From the NCBI RefSeq assembly GCF_006345805.1, contig NC_043012.1, positions 8,122,001 to 8,186,000 of the forward strand: a DNA stretch of 64,000 bases, in the 5' to 3' direction. The notes below the pieces were generated by a model. That model had not been told where the DNA came from, did no database searches, and saw only the letters and a program-made list of their open reading frames with translations. Every line of letters begins with the position of its first letter. Within the stretch, counting starts at the first letter, position 1. Both the position numbers and the translations under genes were made by a program. Positions 13,501-26,166 of the stretch are shown here, piece after piece. The DNA comes from Octopus sinensis (taxonomy: Eukaryota).

Positions 13501-14104
13501 CATGTATAAGAGAATATGGAAGCACATAAGCATGTGTAATTTATTTGTAGTCACAAGTTCTCATTCAGCAACTCTAATTATTTGCGAGACGAGGGATGAA
13601 GTGATGTGACTAACGATCAAGGAATAAATAGCACAACTGTAGTGTGTGTGGTGTGTGTGTGTGTGTGTGTGAATGTGTGTGTGTGTGTGTGTGTATGTGT
13701 GTGTTAGAAGGATGGAAAGAGAGAGAGAGAAAGAGAGGGGTAGTAGTAATGAGAGTTCAAGGAAGCAGTAGATAATATTAAATGTCTGCTTTTGACAGTT
13801 AAGACTCCACCTAGCCCCTAATGTTATGTCACCACTGCCGCCAGCCGCCACCGGTTAAGGCTCCACCCAGCCCCTAATGTTACATCACCACCAACACCGA
13901 ATTACTGTACTATTTATCTGTGATACAGTTGTTGTTGTTGTCGGTTAAGGACCAAGCTGCTGCCTGTTGTTACACTCTGGCATAACAGCATTACTTCAGC
14001 CTCCTAAAAGGGGAACTGGTGGCAGCAATGATGGTGGTGGTGATGTAATGAAGAACTGGTAGCAGTTCTAAGTGGGGTTATGGTTAAGATAATGGTCATT
14101 CTGG

Positions 14105-14274
14105 CAGGAGTGGCTGTGTGGTAAGTAGCTTGTTTACCAACCACATGGTTCCGGGTTCAGTCCCACTGCGTGGCATCTTGGGCAAGTGTCTTCTACTATA
14201 GCCCCGGGCCGACCAATGCCTTGTGAGTGGATTTCGTAGACAGAAACTGAAAGAAGCCTGTCGTATATATATAT

Positions 14275-14326
<52 letters not shown>

Positions 14327-14530
14327 TTGTATGTATGTGTTTGTCCCCCTAGCATTGCTTGACAACCGATGCTGGTGTGTTTACGTCCCCGTCACTTAGC
14401 AGTTCGGCAAAAGAGACCGATAGAATAAGTACTGGGCTTACAAAAGAATAAGTCCCGGGGTCGATTTGCTCGACTAAAAGGCGGTGCTCCAGCATGGCCG
14501 CAGTCAAATGACTGAAACAAGTAAAAGAGT
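14105..14530 (+). mobile_element. SINE family A, full length
   Basis: Colinear with 82-480. Confidence 0.9.
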
Positions 14531-14639
14531 AATTACAACTTCAATCTATTTGTTAGTTTCTAATCCACTGCAGACAACCAAAGAAAACTGGGCCATCATC
14601 ATCATCATTATTATTATTATTATTAGTGTTATTATATAA

Positions 14640-16152
14640 AACAGTCATCTGGCAGAATCCCAAGCAAACTGAGCAAAAATGCTTGGCAGAATTTCTTCCA
14701 GTTATACAATTCAAATGCCGCTGAGGTCAACTCCACTTTTCATCCTCCCAGGGTTGATAAAATAAAGTACCAGTTGAGTACTGGGGGTCAATGTAATCGA
14801 TTACTCCTTCCCTCCAAATTCCAGGCCTTGTGTCTATAGCAGAAAATATCATCATCGTCGCTGCCGCCGCCACCATCGACATTATTATTAAAGAGGTGAG
14901 CTGGCAGAATCATTACCGCACTGGGCAAAATGCTTAGCAGCATTTTGTTCATCTCTACATTCTGAGTTCAAATTCCACCAAAGCCAACTTTACCTTTCAT
15001 CCTTTTGAGGCCAACAAATTAAGTAAGTACCATTGAAACATTAGGGTCAACGAAACCAGCTAATCCCTTCCCTCCAAATTTCAGGCCCTGTGCCTTTAGT
15101 CAAAAGGACCGTTATTATTACGTTTATATATTTGTTTTGCAAGAAGGCGGCGAGCTGGCAGAAACGTTAGCATGCCGGGCGAAATGCGTAGCCGTATTTC
15201 GTCTGCCGTTACATTCTGAGTTCAAATTCTGCCGAGGAAGACTTTGCCTTTCATCCTTTCGGGGTCGATAAATTAAGTACCAGTTACGCACTGGAGTCAA
15301 TGTAATCGACTTAATCCATTTGTCTGTCTTTGTTTGTCCCCTGTGTTTAGCCCCTTGTGGGTAGTAAAGAAATATATATATTTGTTTTGCAAGATTTTTG
15401 ATATTATTATTATTATTATTACTGTTATTATTTAGACAGTGAGCTGGTAGAATTGTTAGAGCACCAGGTAAAGTGCTTAGCAACATTTCGTTCATCTCTA
15501 CATTCCAAGTTCAAATGCTACCAAGGCTGACTTTGCCTTTCCTCCTTTCAGGGTCAATAAAGTATAGTACCAGTTAACTACTGGGGTCAATGATATCGAT
15601 TATGCCTCTTCCATCAAAATCATTGGCCTTGGCTAAAAATTAGAAAGAATAATCATTGTTACTATTATTATTAAGGTGGTGAGCTGGCAGAATTGTTAAC
15701 ACGCTGGACAAAATGCTTAGCAGCATTTAGCCCATCACTAAGTTTCTGAGTTCAAATTCCACAAAGGCTAACTTTGCCTTTCAACCTTTTGGGGTCGATA
15801 AACTAAGTACCACTAAAACACTATGGTGGTGGGGGTCGATGTAATTGACAAGTCTCCTTCCCTAAAACATTTCAGGCCTTGTGTCTTTAGATGAAAAGAT
15901 TATTATTATAATAATAATAATTATTATTAAGGCAGCAAGCTGGCAGAATCGTTAGCACACTGGGCTAAATGAGTAGCGGGATTTCGCCAGTTGCTACATT
16001 TCTGAGTTCAAATTCTGCTGAGGTCAACTTTGTCTTTCATCCTTTCAGAGTTTGTCTTTCATCCTTTCAGAATTGATAAAAAAAGTACCAACTGAATATA
16101 ATTGACTCGTCCCGTCTTCCAAAATTCCTGCCCTTGTGAAAAAATTTGAAAC
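14640..16152 (+). mobile_element. Head-to-tail array of six SINE B copies separated by (TTA)n/(TCA)n
   Basis: Copies start at ~14640, 14890, 15145, 15437, 15673 and 15929. Confidence 0.88.
15145..15374 (+). mobile_element. Young SINE B2 (alternative 3' tail) with a 20-bp TSD
   Basis: TSD TATATATTTGTTTTGCAAGA at 15125-15144 and 15375-15394; tail ...GTTTGTCCCCTGTGTTTAGCCCCTTGTGGGTAGTAAAGAAA. Confidence 0.9.
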
Positions 16153-16438
16153 CATTATTATTATTCTTGTTGTTATTGACAACTTATATTGATCAGTTAT
16201 TTCATAGGAATTTAATGAGCTCACTTTCAGAAGCATTTTCCCCTTTGCTATTTTTGCTGTTTTTAGGGTTTCCAAAACCATCAACACCATCATTGTCACT
16301 TAATGTCTATTTTAATAAACGAGGAACACAATTACTACTAACATCAAACAATATATACAATCTACATACACGCACACATGTATATCATGTGTATGTAGTA
16401 GCATCTAAAGCAATGATTTATACATTGTGTGTGTGTTT

Positions 16439-16727
16439 GTGGAGGCGCAATGGCCCAGTGGTTAGGCCAGCGGACTTGCGGTTGTGGGATCGCAGTTTTG
16501 ATTCCCAGACCGGGCATTGCGAGTGTTTATTGAGCAAAAACACCTAAAGCTCCACGAGACTCCAGCAGGGGGTGGCGATCCCTGCCGTACTCTTTTTCCA
16601 CAATTTTCTCTCACTCTTTCCTCTGTTGGCCTGCTCGCTTAGCCAGCGAGGTGGCGTGATTTGAAGGCTAAAGCAATGCGAAGCGCATTGTGACCAGTGA
16701 TGTGTAGCAACATCTGATAGCCTGCTC

Positions 16728-16730
<3 letters not shown>
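16439..16730 (+). mobile_element. SINE family C with a different 3' tail
   Basis: First ~185 bp is colinear with the 27988 copy, then an unrelated tail. Confidence 0.85.
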
Positions 16731-16764
<34 letters not shown>

Positions 16765-16899
16765 GATGTTGCAAGGTATTTATGAGATCATTTCACCAGG
16801 CAGCTATAAATGGCTGATGATTTAACATAATGCTTTGTGGAATACAGCAAACTTAGAACTTTCTTGTTTCTCTTTCAGGTGTATTGACAGCATCCAGAA

Positions 16900-17300
16900 A
16901 GATTCCTACCTGAGACAAAGAAACAAAAAAGCATGCTGTGCTTGAGCCTCTAGCTAGCCACTAACCACAGTTTCATGGCCAGTTCCTTGAAGGTGAAACA
17001 AGTCCTTCTCGCATACAGGGTCAGGAGTACAAAAAAAAAAAAAAAACTGGTGGTGATGTCTCTGTTGAGGGATATATTATCATCTGTGGCAAAGGGACAA
17101 AAACACTTTCAGTGATCAGACATCATCAAGACAGCCGAGTCTGTCCAGCAGAAGCAAGAATGAACAACAACTCCTGGTTGCTCAATGGAGGTCATTGTTA
17201 AGCACTTAGAAGTGGGAGAATCCACTATCATAAATATATTGTACAAGGAAGTCAGGTACAAATCCTAAGTAATGTCCTAGGGATAATTCATGCGCAGAAA
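16900..17300 (+). pseudogene. Degraded Tc1/mariner-superfamily (maT/DD37D-like) transposase N-terminus
   Basis: Across stops and frameshifts reads ETKKHAVLEPL...SSVAKGQKHFQ*SDIIKTAESVQQ...PGCSMEVIVKHLEVGESTIINILYKEVRYKS*VM. This resembles the HTH region ending RYKSYVMRRGQFM of maT-type transposases (from memory). Confidence 0.7.
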
Positions 17301-17429
17301 GGGCTAAGATAAACATATAAGAAATGGTCAAAGTGTTTACTGAATAATATATATTATTAAGGCAGAGCTCCAGCACGGCACAGTCAAATGACTGAAACGA
17401 GTAAAAGAATATATATATATATATATATA

Positions 17430-17668
17430 TATAACATAAGGGGGATCAGCCATCTGAATGTGGCTAGGGTCAGGGCGGGGTGGTGGGGGTGTTACTGATG
17501 CATTTAGCCCCAGGCGAACATCAACGTCACCAGAAGAGCTGACACCATCTCGGTGTCAGCTCTTCTGGTGACGTTGATGTTCGCCTGGGGCTAAATGCAT
17601 CAGTAACACCCCCACCACCCCGCCCTGACCCTAGCCACATTCAGATGGCTGATCCCTCTTATGTTATA
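17430..17668. repeat. Near-perfect palindrome, 117-bp arms and 5-nt loop (ATCTC)
   Basis: 17430-17546 vs 17552-17668, one mismatch. Abuts a (TA)n tract. Confidence 0.95.
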
Positions 17669-18255
17669 GAGCAGTTACTGTTTATATCTCGCTCAGAGAT
17701 TTATTATTGTTATATATATATATATATATAAAGCACATAAAAAAGCACCTGTGCTGGTCTTATGTAAAAAGCACTCAGTACACTGTAAAGTTGTTAGCAC
17801 AAGGAGGGGCAACCAGCCATAGAAAGCAAGCCAAAACAGGCAATGGAAGACTGTCGCAACTCTCTGGTTTGTTAGCTCCTGTGAAACCATCAAACCCATA
17901 CCGACAAAGAAAACAGACAGTAAATGGTTTATATCATAATCATCATAACACACCAGCATCGGTTGTCAAGCAATGTTGGGAGGACACACACAAACACACA
18001 TACAACAGGCTTCTTTCAGTTTCCGTCTACCAAATCCCCTTACAAGGCTTTGGTCGGCCTGAGGCTATAGTAGAAGACACTTGCCCAAGGAACCATGTGG
18101 TTGGTAAGCTACTTACCACACAGCCACACCTGCGCCTATATATATATATATATAGATTGATATGTATTATATATGTACACACATACAGCACTGTATGGTG
18201 TGGTATATTACAGATAATACAGACTTGTGTACTGGAAGTCATACAACTATAATAC

Positions 18256-18286
<31 letters not shown>

Positions 18287-19139
18287 CCACCACCATACAA
18301 TGTAATGGAAGTAGTATAAGTGCAAGTAAAGTCCAGTGTAGTGGAAGGTGTACTACTACAGTACAGTTTTATCATGAGGTATTGACTGTACTGACTGCTG
18401 AATTTGATTAGAGCAAAATTAAAAGCTGTCAGAAATGAAAATGTTTTTCCAATGGATTAAATAATCAATTTGTGGAAAACAGCGACAGCTTCACTGTAGC
18501 ATAGCAACAAATAATAAGAATAACAACAACAATAAAGATGATGGTGATTTCTTAACATTAGCCAAGGGGGAGGGAGGGGAGGCCCACACTGCTCATCCTG
18601 TTTGTTTTATTGACCCAAGGAGGATGAAAATCAGAGCTGACCTCAGCACTGGCTGAATTTGAACTCAGAGTGTAATGAGCCAGAACTAAATACCACAGCA
18701 GGGCATTTTTATACCTGGTGCTCTATCAATTCTGTCATCTCCACCACCATCATCATCATCATAATAATTAACCAATCGATCATCATCATCATTATCATCA
18801 TAACCATCGTCTACATAATCTTCTCAGTACAGGTGTTATAGTTCCTGCTGCTATGCTTATGTTCCAGTATCTAAGAAGGGACACACTAACCATCCACCCG
18901 TGCCTTTTTCCAGCACCATCTACCCACAATGTATTTTACTCTAATGCACACATCCTTCCCCACCTACCCCAAACTCCACCCCACCCCTACCTTAGACATG
19001 CCACCCAGACTGTGTGCCATCAATCACCCCCAACCCTTTATTCACATCCCTCCACCCCCGTCATCCACTAAACATCATTCTAAGATGTGATATTGCAATT
19101 ATTATCAAAAGAGGGGAGAGGAGGGGCACAGAATGGAGA

Positions 19140-19291
19140 GCAACCCAGGTATACTGCAACCCAGGTATACTGCAACCCAGGTATACTGCAACCCAGGTAT
19201 ACTGCAACCCAGGTATACTGCAACCCAGGTATACTGCCACCCAGGTATACTGCAACCCAGGTATACTGCAACCCAGGTATACTGCCACCCA
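19140..19291. repeat. Minisatellite, 16-bp unit GCAACCCAGGTATACT x ~9.5
   Basis: Read directly; only an A>C variant in two units. Confidence 0.95.
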
Positions 19292-19679
19292 TATCCCCAA
19301 GTAAATGACTGGTACTAAAAGGAGCATGGAAAGCAAAGTGGATCCTAACAGCGGAACTAAATGGAATATGACACTTTATCAAACACGCCACAGCCTATAC
19401 CCTGACATACACACATTATCAAACACCACACTGTGAATGTATGCATGTGTGTGACTGCATAAGTGTGTATGTATGACTATGTATGAGAGACTGCATGAGT
19501 ATGTGTGTGTGTGTGTGTGTGTGTGTGAAGAGCTGCATAAGTGTGTGTGTGCATAGATGTGTGTATGTGTGCATGAGATAAAATGTGTGTGTAAGACAGC
19601 ATAAGTGTGTGTGTATGACTGCGTGTGTGTGTGTATGACAGTGTGTGTGTGTATGACTGTGTGTGTGTGTATGACTGTG

Positions 19680-19880
19680 TGTGTGTGAGAGACTATATGC
19701 ATGTAAGACTGCATGTGTGTCTCTGTGTGTGTGACAGCATGTGTGATTGTGTCACTGTGTATACGTGAATCTATGATTGTGTGTGTGTGTGTGAGAGACT
19801 ATATGCGTGTAAGATTGCATATGTGTCTCTGTGTGTGTGACAGCATGTGTGATTGTGTCACTGTGTATACGTGAATCTAC

Positions 19881-19926
<46 letters not shown>

Positions 19927-20030
19927 CTATATGCATGTAAGGCTGTGTCTGTGTGTGTGTGTGTGTGTGTGACAGCATGTGTGATTGTCACTGTGTATAC
20001 GTGAATCTATAAGTGTGTGTGTGTGTGTGT
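19680..20030. repeat. Compound (TG)n-containing tandem repeat, ~105-130 bp x3
   Basis: GAGACTATATGC.TGTAAG...CACTGTGTATACGTGAATCTA recurs three times. Confidence 0.8.
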
Positions 20031-20390
20031 TTCCCTCCTTCCAACTATAAAACCAAGGAGTTAACAGAAAACAGTTTTACACAACATTCACACAGAACAG
20101 ATAAAATGGACATTTAACCCACCACCACCTTCTTCCTCTCTTTCTTGCATGCATTCCATGTTGCTGTGCAGTTGCACTTCACTCTACCTCTGTGTGTGTG
20201 TGTGTGTGTCAGTGGGAGCTGACAGGAAATGCAACTCTGACAATACAATATTTGCTGTAGCAAGCAAAGGTGCAGCTTACTGCAGCTTTATTGTGCACTG
20301 TTATTTGATGGCGAATGGATGAACAGAAGATGAAGGACAGAGAGGGAGACGGATGAATGAACATGTGTGTGTGCCTGTTTGTATATATGC

Positions 20391-20437
<47 letters not shown>

Positions 20438-20561
20438 CACACACACACACACGCAAGTATGTGTGTGTGTGTGTGCATGTGTACACAGCAATTATTTGTG
20501 TTTGGACATAACAGTAAAGTTATTGATCACAGCAAGTATTTCTGACAGAAGCTGGTTACAT

Positions 20562-20618
<57 letters not shown>

Positions 20619-21134
20619 TAGTGATGACATTGGGACTTGCAACAACAACAACAGCAGCAGAAGCAGCAACACTGATGGATGAGAGATGAAGCAGTAATGA
20701 TGGCGCTGATGATGAGAAGATGGAAGTGGTGGTTACTGTAGTGGTAGTGGTTGAGAGAGAGAGAGAGAGAGAGAGAAGGAGAGAGAAAGAGAGGGAGAGA
20801 GAGAGAGCAGTGTTCCAGTGGAAGCAGTTCAGAGACAAATACTGTAAATCTGGAATGAAGTGTCAGCTTTTAAAGTGGATTTCCACCTCGCTGTCTCTCA
20901 ACACATCAACACCACTACAACCACCACCACCACTACTACCCTAACCACCATCACTACTACTACTACTACCACTACCCTAGCCACCATCACAACTACCGCC
21001 ACCACCACCGCCACCACCACCGACTATATTAATCTCAACACATTATTACTCTATGCAGCACAGGGGTCCTTGCTCTCGCTATCCTTGCCACCACCATGAG
21101 TCAACATAGGGACCTCTCTATAGGGTGGCTCACC

Positions 21135-21312
21135 CTGCTAGAAACAGCAGCTAAAATATCTCCCTCAAATCTGCACCTTGTCATATTTGAACTGGGCACA
21201 TTAGATATGCCCTAGGTTTCACTGTGGGCAAGAAATAAGGAATCGATGGTCATCGGCGGAATGCCTATGATCACAAGTGTACTCAGTCAGGGGATGTGCT
21301 GGGGTTAAATGA
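21135..21312 (+). mobile_element. Old dispersed repeat family H (also ~34765-34870, 35355-35450, 53100-53330)
   Basis: Shared GCTAGAAA.AGCAGC.AAAT.TCCCTCAAA...GGAATGCCT.TGATCA...GGGG.TAAA motifs. Confidence 0.55.
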
Positions 21313-21714
21313 CCACCACCCCACCACCACGACCACCACTGTTGAAAAGAGCCATATTTCATTAATTGCTATGTTGTTAATATCAAAAGGAGTGAGGAGC
21401 AGATGAGAGGAAGGTGTGTGTATGAGAGGGAGAGAGAGAGAGAGAGGAGAAAAGGAAGGAATAATGTATGTGCATACATGTATGTAAGTGCATGAGTGTG
21501 TATGTAAGACTATATATATATATATGTATGTGCTTATGTATGTAAGCATGTGTGTGTGTGTCTGTGTGTGCAGGTAATGTCTGTGTGTGCCTGTGTAGCT
21601 GTGTAAATCACAAGATAAGAGTAGTGAGTATATATACAGCATTAATTAAAACACCTATGGTTAAAGACTCTCCCGGCTGTGGCCATCACATCTTATATTC
21701 AAAGCATATAGAGA

Positions 21715-22278
21715 TGCAGGCATGGCTGTTGTGGTTAAGACGCTCACTTTGCAACCACTGAGCTTGGGTTCAATCTCATCACATGGCACCTTCAGCAAGA
21801 ATTTTTTTCGACAATAGCCTCGGGCCAATCAAAATCTTTCAAAGTGAGTTTTGTAGACAGAAATGACATGGAAGTTTTTGACTTGCATGTATGTCTTTAT
21901 ATTTGTGTCCCCCACTGTGAGACAACCAGTGTTGGTTTGTTTACATCCCTGTAAATAAACAGTTTAGCAAAAGAGACCCATAGAATAAATATCAGGCATA
22001 AAAGGGGTTGATTTGTTCAACCAAACATCTTCAAGATGGTGCATCTAATGTGAACTGGATTCCTTTTATTATTTTTTAAACTGAAAAAAGTGATATAAGA
22101 GACATTTAGCTGTTATTTCTGGCAAGTTCTATGATCGCATTCAGGCTTCTCCTTCCTGACTGTGTCATGTTGTTAGCAACTGCCACAAGATGTCAGGTGA
22201 TATGTTTTCAATTCCAGCAGGAATTTTCTGTCTGTTAAGGTTTTGTAAAATTTTCTGTAAGTTTTTGCTAAATTTTTG

Positions 22279-22316
<38 letters not shown>

Positions 22317-23281
22317 CTATATATGGCTTTTTTAGTTTCCCTCTACTAAATCCACTCACAAGGCTTTGGAGCAGCTATAGTAGAAAAAATTGTCTAAGGT
22401 GCCACATAGTAGGACTGAACCCAAAAGCATGTGACTGGGAAGTGAACTTAACCACTTAGCCATGCCTATGGTTAAATAAAGTATGCACAAAAACAGTCGT
22501 TTATTTTCACATCCATTGAGTTAAAACAACATGAGTTAGACAAATGCATGTAATTGAAGAATTATTTCATAGCAAGATGCCCATCCTGCTGGCAACTCAT
22601 GTCTCTTTTTCAAGCAAAGGATTTTCATTCCACTCATCTTGGAAAGCGCGAAGCCACTGGACAATTTCTTGACAAAGAAGAACACCAACCAAAGATCATG
22701 CAATCACAGAATGCAAACATTATCAGACAAACAGACAAACACTCACACACACACATTTTTTTCTCTCTCACTCTTTATTTTCTTTCATTCCTTTCTGTCA
22801 AAGAGCATAGGCTCGAAACATCAAAGACTTCCATATTTCCCGAGTGTCAAACTAATTCACGTCATAAGTTGTTCCTTTACCTGTCTGTCTTTTATACATT
22901 TGAATAATATATATATAGGCACAGGAGTGGCTGTGTGATAAGTAGCTTGTTTACCAACCACATGGTTCAGTCCCACTGCGTGGCACCTTGGGCAAGTGTC
23001 TTCTACTATAGCCTCGGGCCGACCAAAGCCTTGTGAGTGGATTTGGTAGACGGAAACTGAAAGAAGCCTGTCGTATATATGTATATATATGCATGTGTGT
23101 GTTTGTGTTTGTCCCCCTAGCATTGATTGACAACCAATGCTGGTGTGTTTATGTCCCCGTTACCTAGCAGTTCGGCAAAAGAGACCGATAGAATAAGTAC
23201 TGGGCTTACAAAAGAATAAGTCATGGAGTCGATTTGGTGCTCCAGCATGGCCGCAGTCAAATGACTGAAACAAGTAAAAGA

Positions 23282-23283
<2 letters not shown>
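21715..23283. mobile_element. SINE A copies: old + (21715-22050), partial - (22320-22470), young + (22918-23283)
   Basis: Similarity to family A. Confidence 0.8.
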
Positions 23284-23320
<37 letters not shown>

Positions 23321-23342
23321 AAAATAAATATAAATAAATATT

Positions 23343-23391
<49 letters not shown>

Positions 23392-23527
23392 TAAATAAAT
23401 ATTTGATATATATATTACACCACCAAACGGTATACACAGGTGCTTATAATTATCAAGTACTCACCCCGAATTTCTATAAATATATATATATAAATATATA
23501 TAAATAAATATTGATATATATATATAT

Positions 23528-23579
<52 letters not shown>

Positions 23580-24221
23580 CATATATGAATATACACATAC
23601 ATATTTTAGTCGCATATATTGAAATGTGTGACAAGGTAAAGAGCCAAGAAGACCACTAAAGCAGAGAACCCCATTAATCATAAGAAATAAGAATTTAGAT
23701 AGGCATGTCTTGAAATATGCAATCCTTCCCTTCTCTCAGACTTGCATGGAATGGTGGAACAGATATAGGAATGGATAAAAATCTCTGTTGAAATATTTCC
23801 ATAGATGTGAAACAGTGTGTAGTCAGCTGTAGCAGAGCAGTAACCTGGAACTGTTAGGGTCGGCATCTATTTACAGATGAAATATTAGTTCGAGTCAAAA
23901 CACACTTTATAGATTTCAGATTCAGTTGCCGTTGTGCCAGAATCAATCTCAGGTAGGTTTTTATTATCTACAACCTAATAGACCAGTTACCAGTTCCACA
24001 GCCATTTTGTAGTAGTTGTTGTTATTGAGATTACTATTATTATTATATTATTATTATTTTTATCATTATCATTATTAAGAAGTAAGCCTGAGGTTATTGA
24101 AATATCTCCACAATGGAGACGAAACAACCTGATAAAGACAGCCAAGTTATGAAGGAAAATTTATAACACACGTGTGTGTGTAGAGAGAGAGAGAAAGAGA
24201 GATAGAGAGAAAGAGAGAGAT

Positions 24222-24260
<39 letters not shown>

Positions 24261-24408
24261 TGTATGTGTGTATTGAAATAGAAGAAACCTACAAACAGCT
24301 AGTCTGGTCATGTCTCTCACAGTGAAGTAGAGATGGGAAAGAGTATAATGGGTCTCTCTCTCTCACACACACACACACACAGACAAATATATGTATGAGC
24401 GAGCGAGC

Positions 24409-24446
<38 letters not shown>

Positions 24447-24949
24447 ACTTCTGCAAAAATGGTGAAATATCTTTATGACAATTGACAGCTCCAGACATGA
24501 CTATTGAAGTAGATATTTACTGAGATAATATATACAGCAGATTATACATTCATGAGTGGTTGTGAGCATATGTGTACATATACACACACACACACACACA
24601 AATGTATGCATTACACACATATACAGGCTAACATACTAATGTATACATTACACACACATAGACACATATATATGGGGAACAGCTGTCCTTTTAAAACTTG
24701 TTATATTGAAAACAAGACTACTACAATTTATTCTTTCTTATTAGTATTAGTATTTCTTATTAGTATTTCATTGTATTCACACATCAGACCCAGCATTTTG
24801 TTCGCAGCAAAACGGTTACCAAGTTCATCTTTATCAGCCTTTCCAGATTAGCCCAACCCCCATGTTTAGTATGCAGATTGGTTTTGGCTTCTGCGCGGCC
24901 TTTCTGTAGAGGGATGTCTCATAAACCATACACCATAAAGCAAAGTTAA

Positions 24950-25170
24950 CCCTTTCGTTACCAACTCGGCCAAAACCGGCTCTGGCTCTGTAGTACAAAT
25001 GTCTTGTTTTCATAAGTTTTGCATTAAAATATACCACCAAACCTTAGTCTCAATTTATGTTCCTAACACTTGTTTAATGATAACTAAGTTATTTTACTAA
25101 ATTCTTTGTTATATTTAAAATAATTGAACGAGACACGGAGCATCTCAAAATAAATACAGTAATGAAAGGG
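24950..25170. mobile_element. piggyBac-type MITE (family P1)
   Basis: TTAA TSD on both sides; TIR CCCTTTCGTTAC / GTAATGAAAGGG. Confidence 0.88.
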
Positions 25171-25897
25171 TTAAATAGGGAAAACATCAGCAAAAAATAC
25201 TTCCATACTTTATGGTGCCCCAGCATGGCCACAGCTCATGAGCTGAAACTGGAATCAATCAATCAATCAATACCCCATAGAAATAGGCTGACTATTGAGG
25301 CATTTCTAATATGGGTAACACAGGGCTACAATTACCTGATAACATACATTCAATGCAACTGGAAATTCAATGACAAAGAACTCTAACTGCTTCAATGGTC
25401 AAATGCTGGTGGCAGAGTCTACATAAACATAAGCTGCTGACTATAAAAGTGCCTGAACAGAAGTCAAAACCACTTCTCATCCTGATAATGAGGCTGAGAT
25501 GGCCTGAGAACATTGACAAAGATGAATTTGGAAAATATACTGTTTTAAAAGAACTACAGGGGTCTGTACATAGATAAAGAGAAAATATTGATAAAAAAAT
25601 ATTAAATTAGAATAGTTATGCTTTCAATACAGCATTTTATACACACACACACACACACACATTTATACATGCGTGTGTACACACACACACACACACACAT
25701 ATATTGATATGTGTACATACATATATATTGATATACTGAGCTTGTGCTTGTTCATAGGAAACCCAATAAAGTATTTTGATACTTCAAACTGTAGAGTTAA
25801 TTGTATTAATTTATTAATGCATAGATTTATGAATCTATAATGCATAAACATGCAATGTTACGTGTATGTATATGTGTATATGTATGTGTGTACATAA

Positions 25898-25960
<63 letters not shown>

Positions 25961-26166
25961 TTTTTTCCCTTCACATTACATACACAGAGTTAACAGACTT
26001 GAATATTAGTAATTTTTAGTCTTTGAGGTATAAACAAAACTCTCTTAAGTAAAATTTCAAATGGTGAGATACTAAGCCATGAAGTAATGAGTGGTGGGTG
26101 AAGAGCAAGGAGTGAAGGGTACTGAGTGAAGAACAATGATGAAGATTGTACAATGTTAGCGCTTAC

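Larger units (their letters stand above)
10900..26166 (-). other. Intron (15,267 bp, GT-AG) between the two exons
   Basis: Bounded by the donor at 26166 and the acceptor at 10900. The joined exons give a continuous conserved peptide. Confidence 0.9.

Noticed and set aside
16861-16900. Plus-strand splice acceptor suggesting an antisense gene exon
   Set aside because: The downstream sequence is a stop-riddled transposase relic.
19014-19391. Repetitive ORFs or CRISPR-like array
   Set aside because: Contiguous 16-bp tandem units with no spacers, in eukaryotic DNA with no cas genes.
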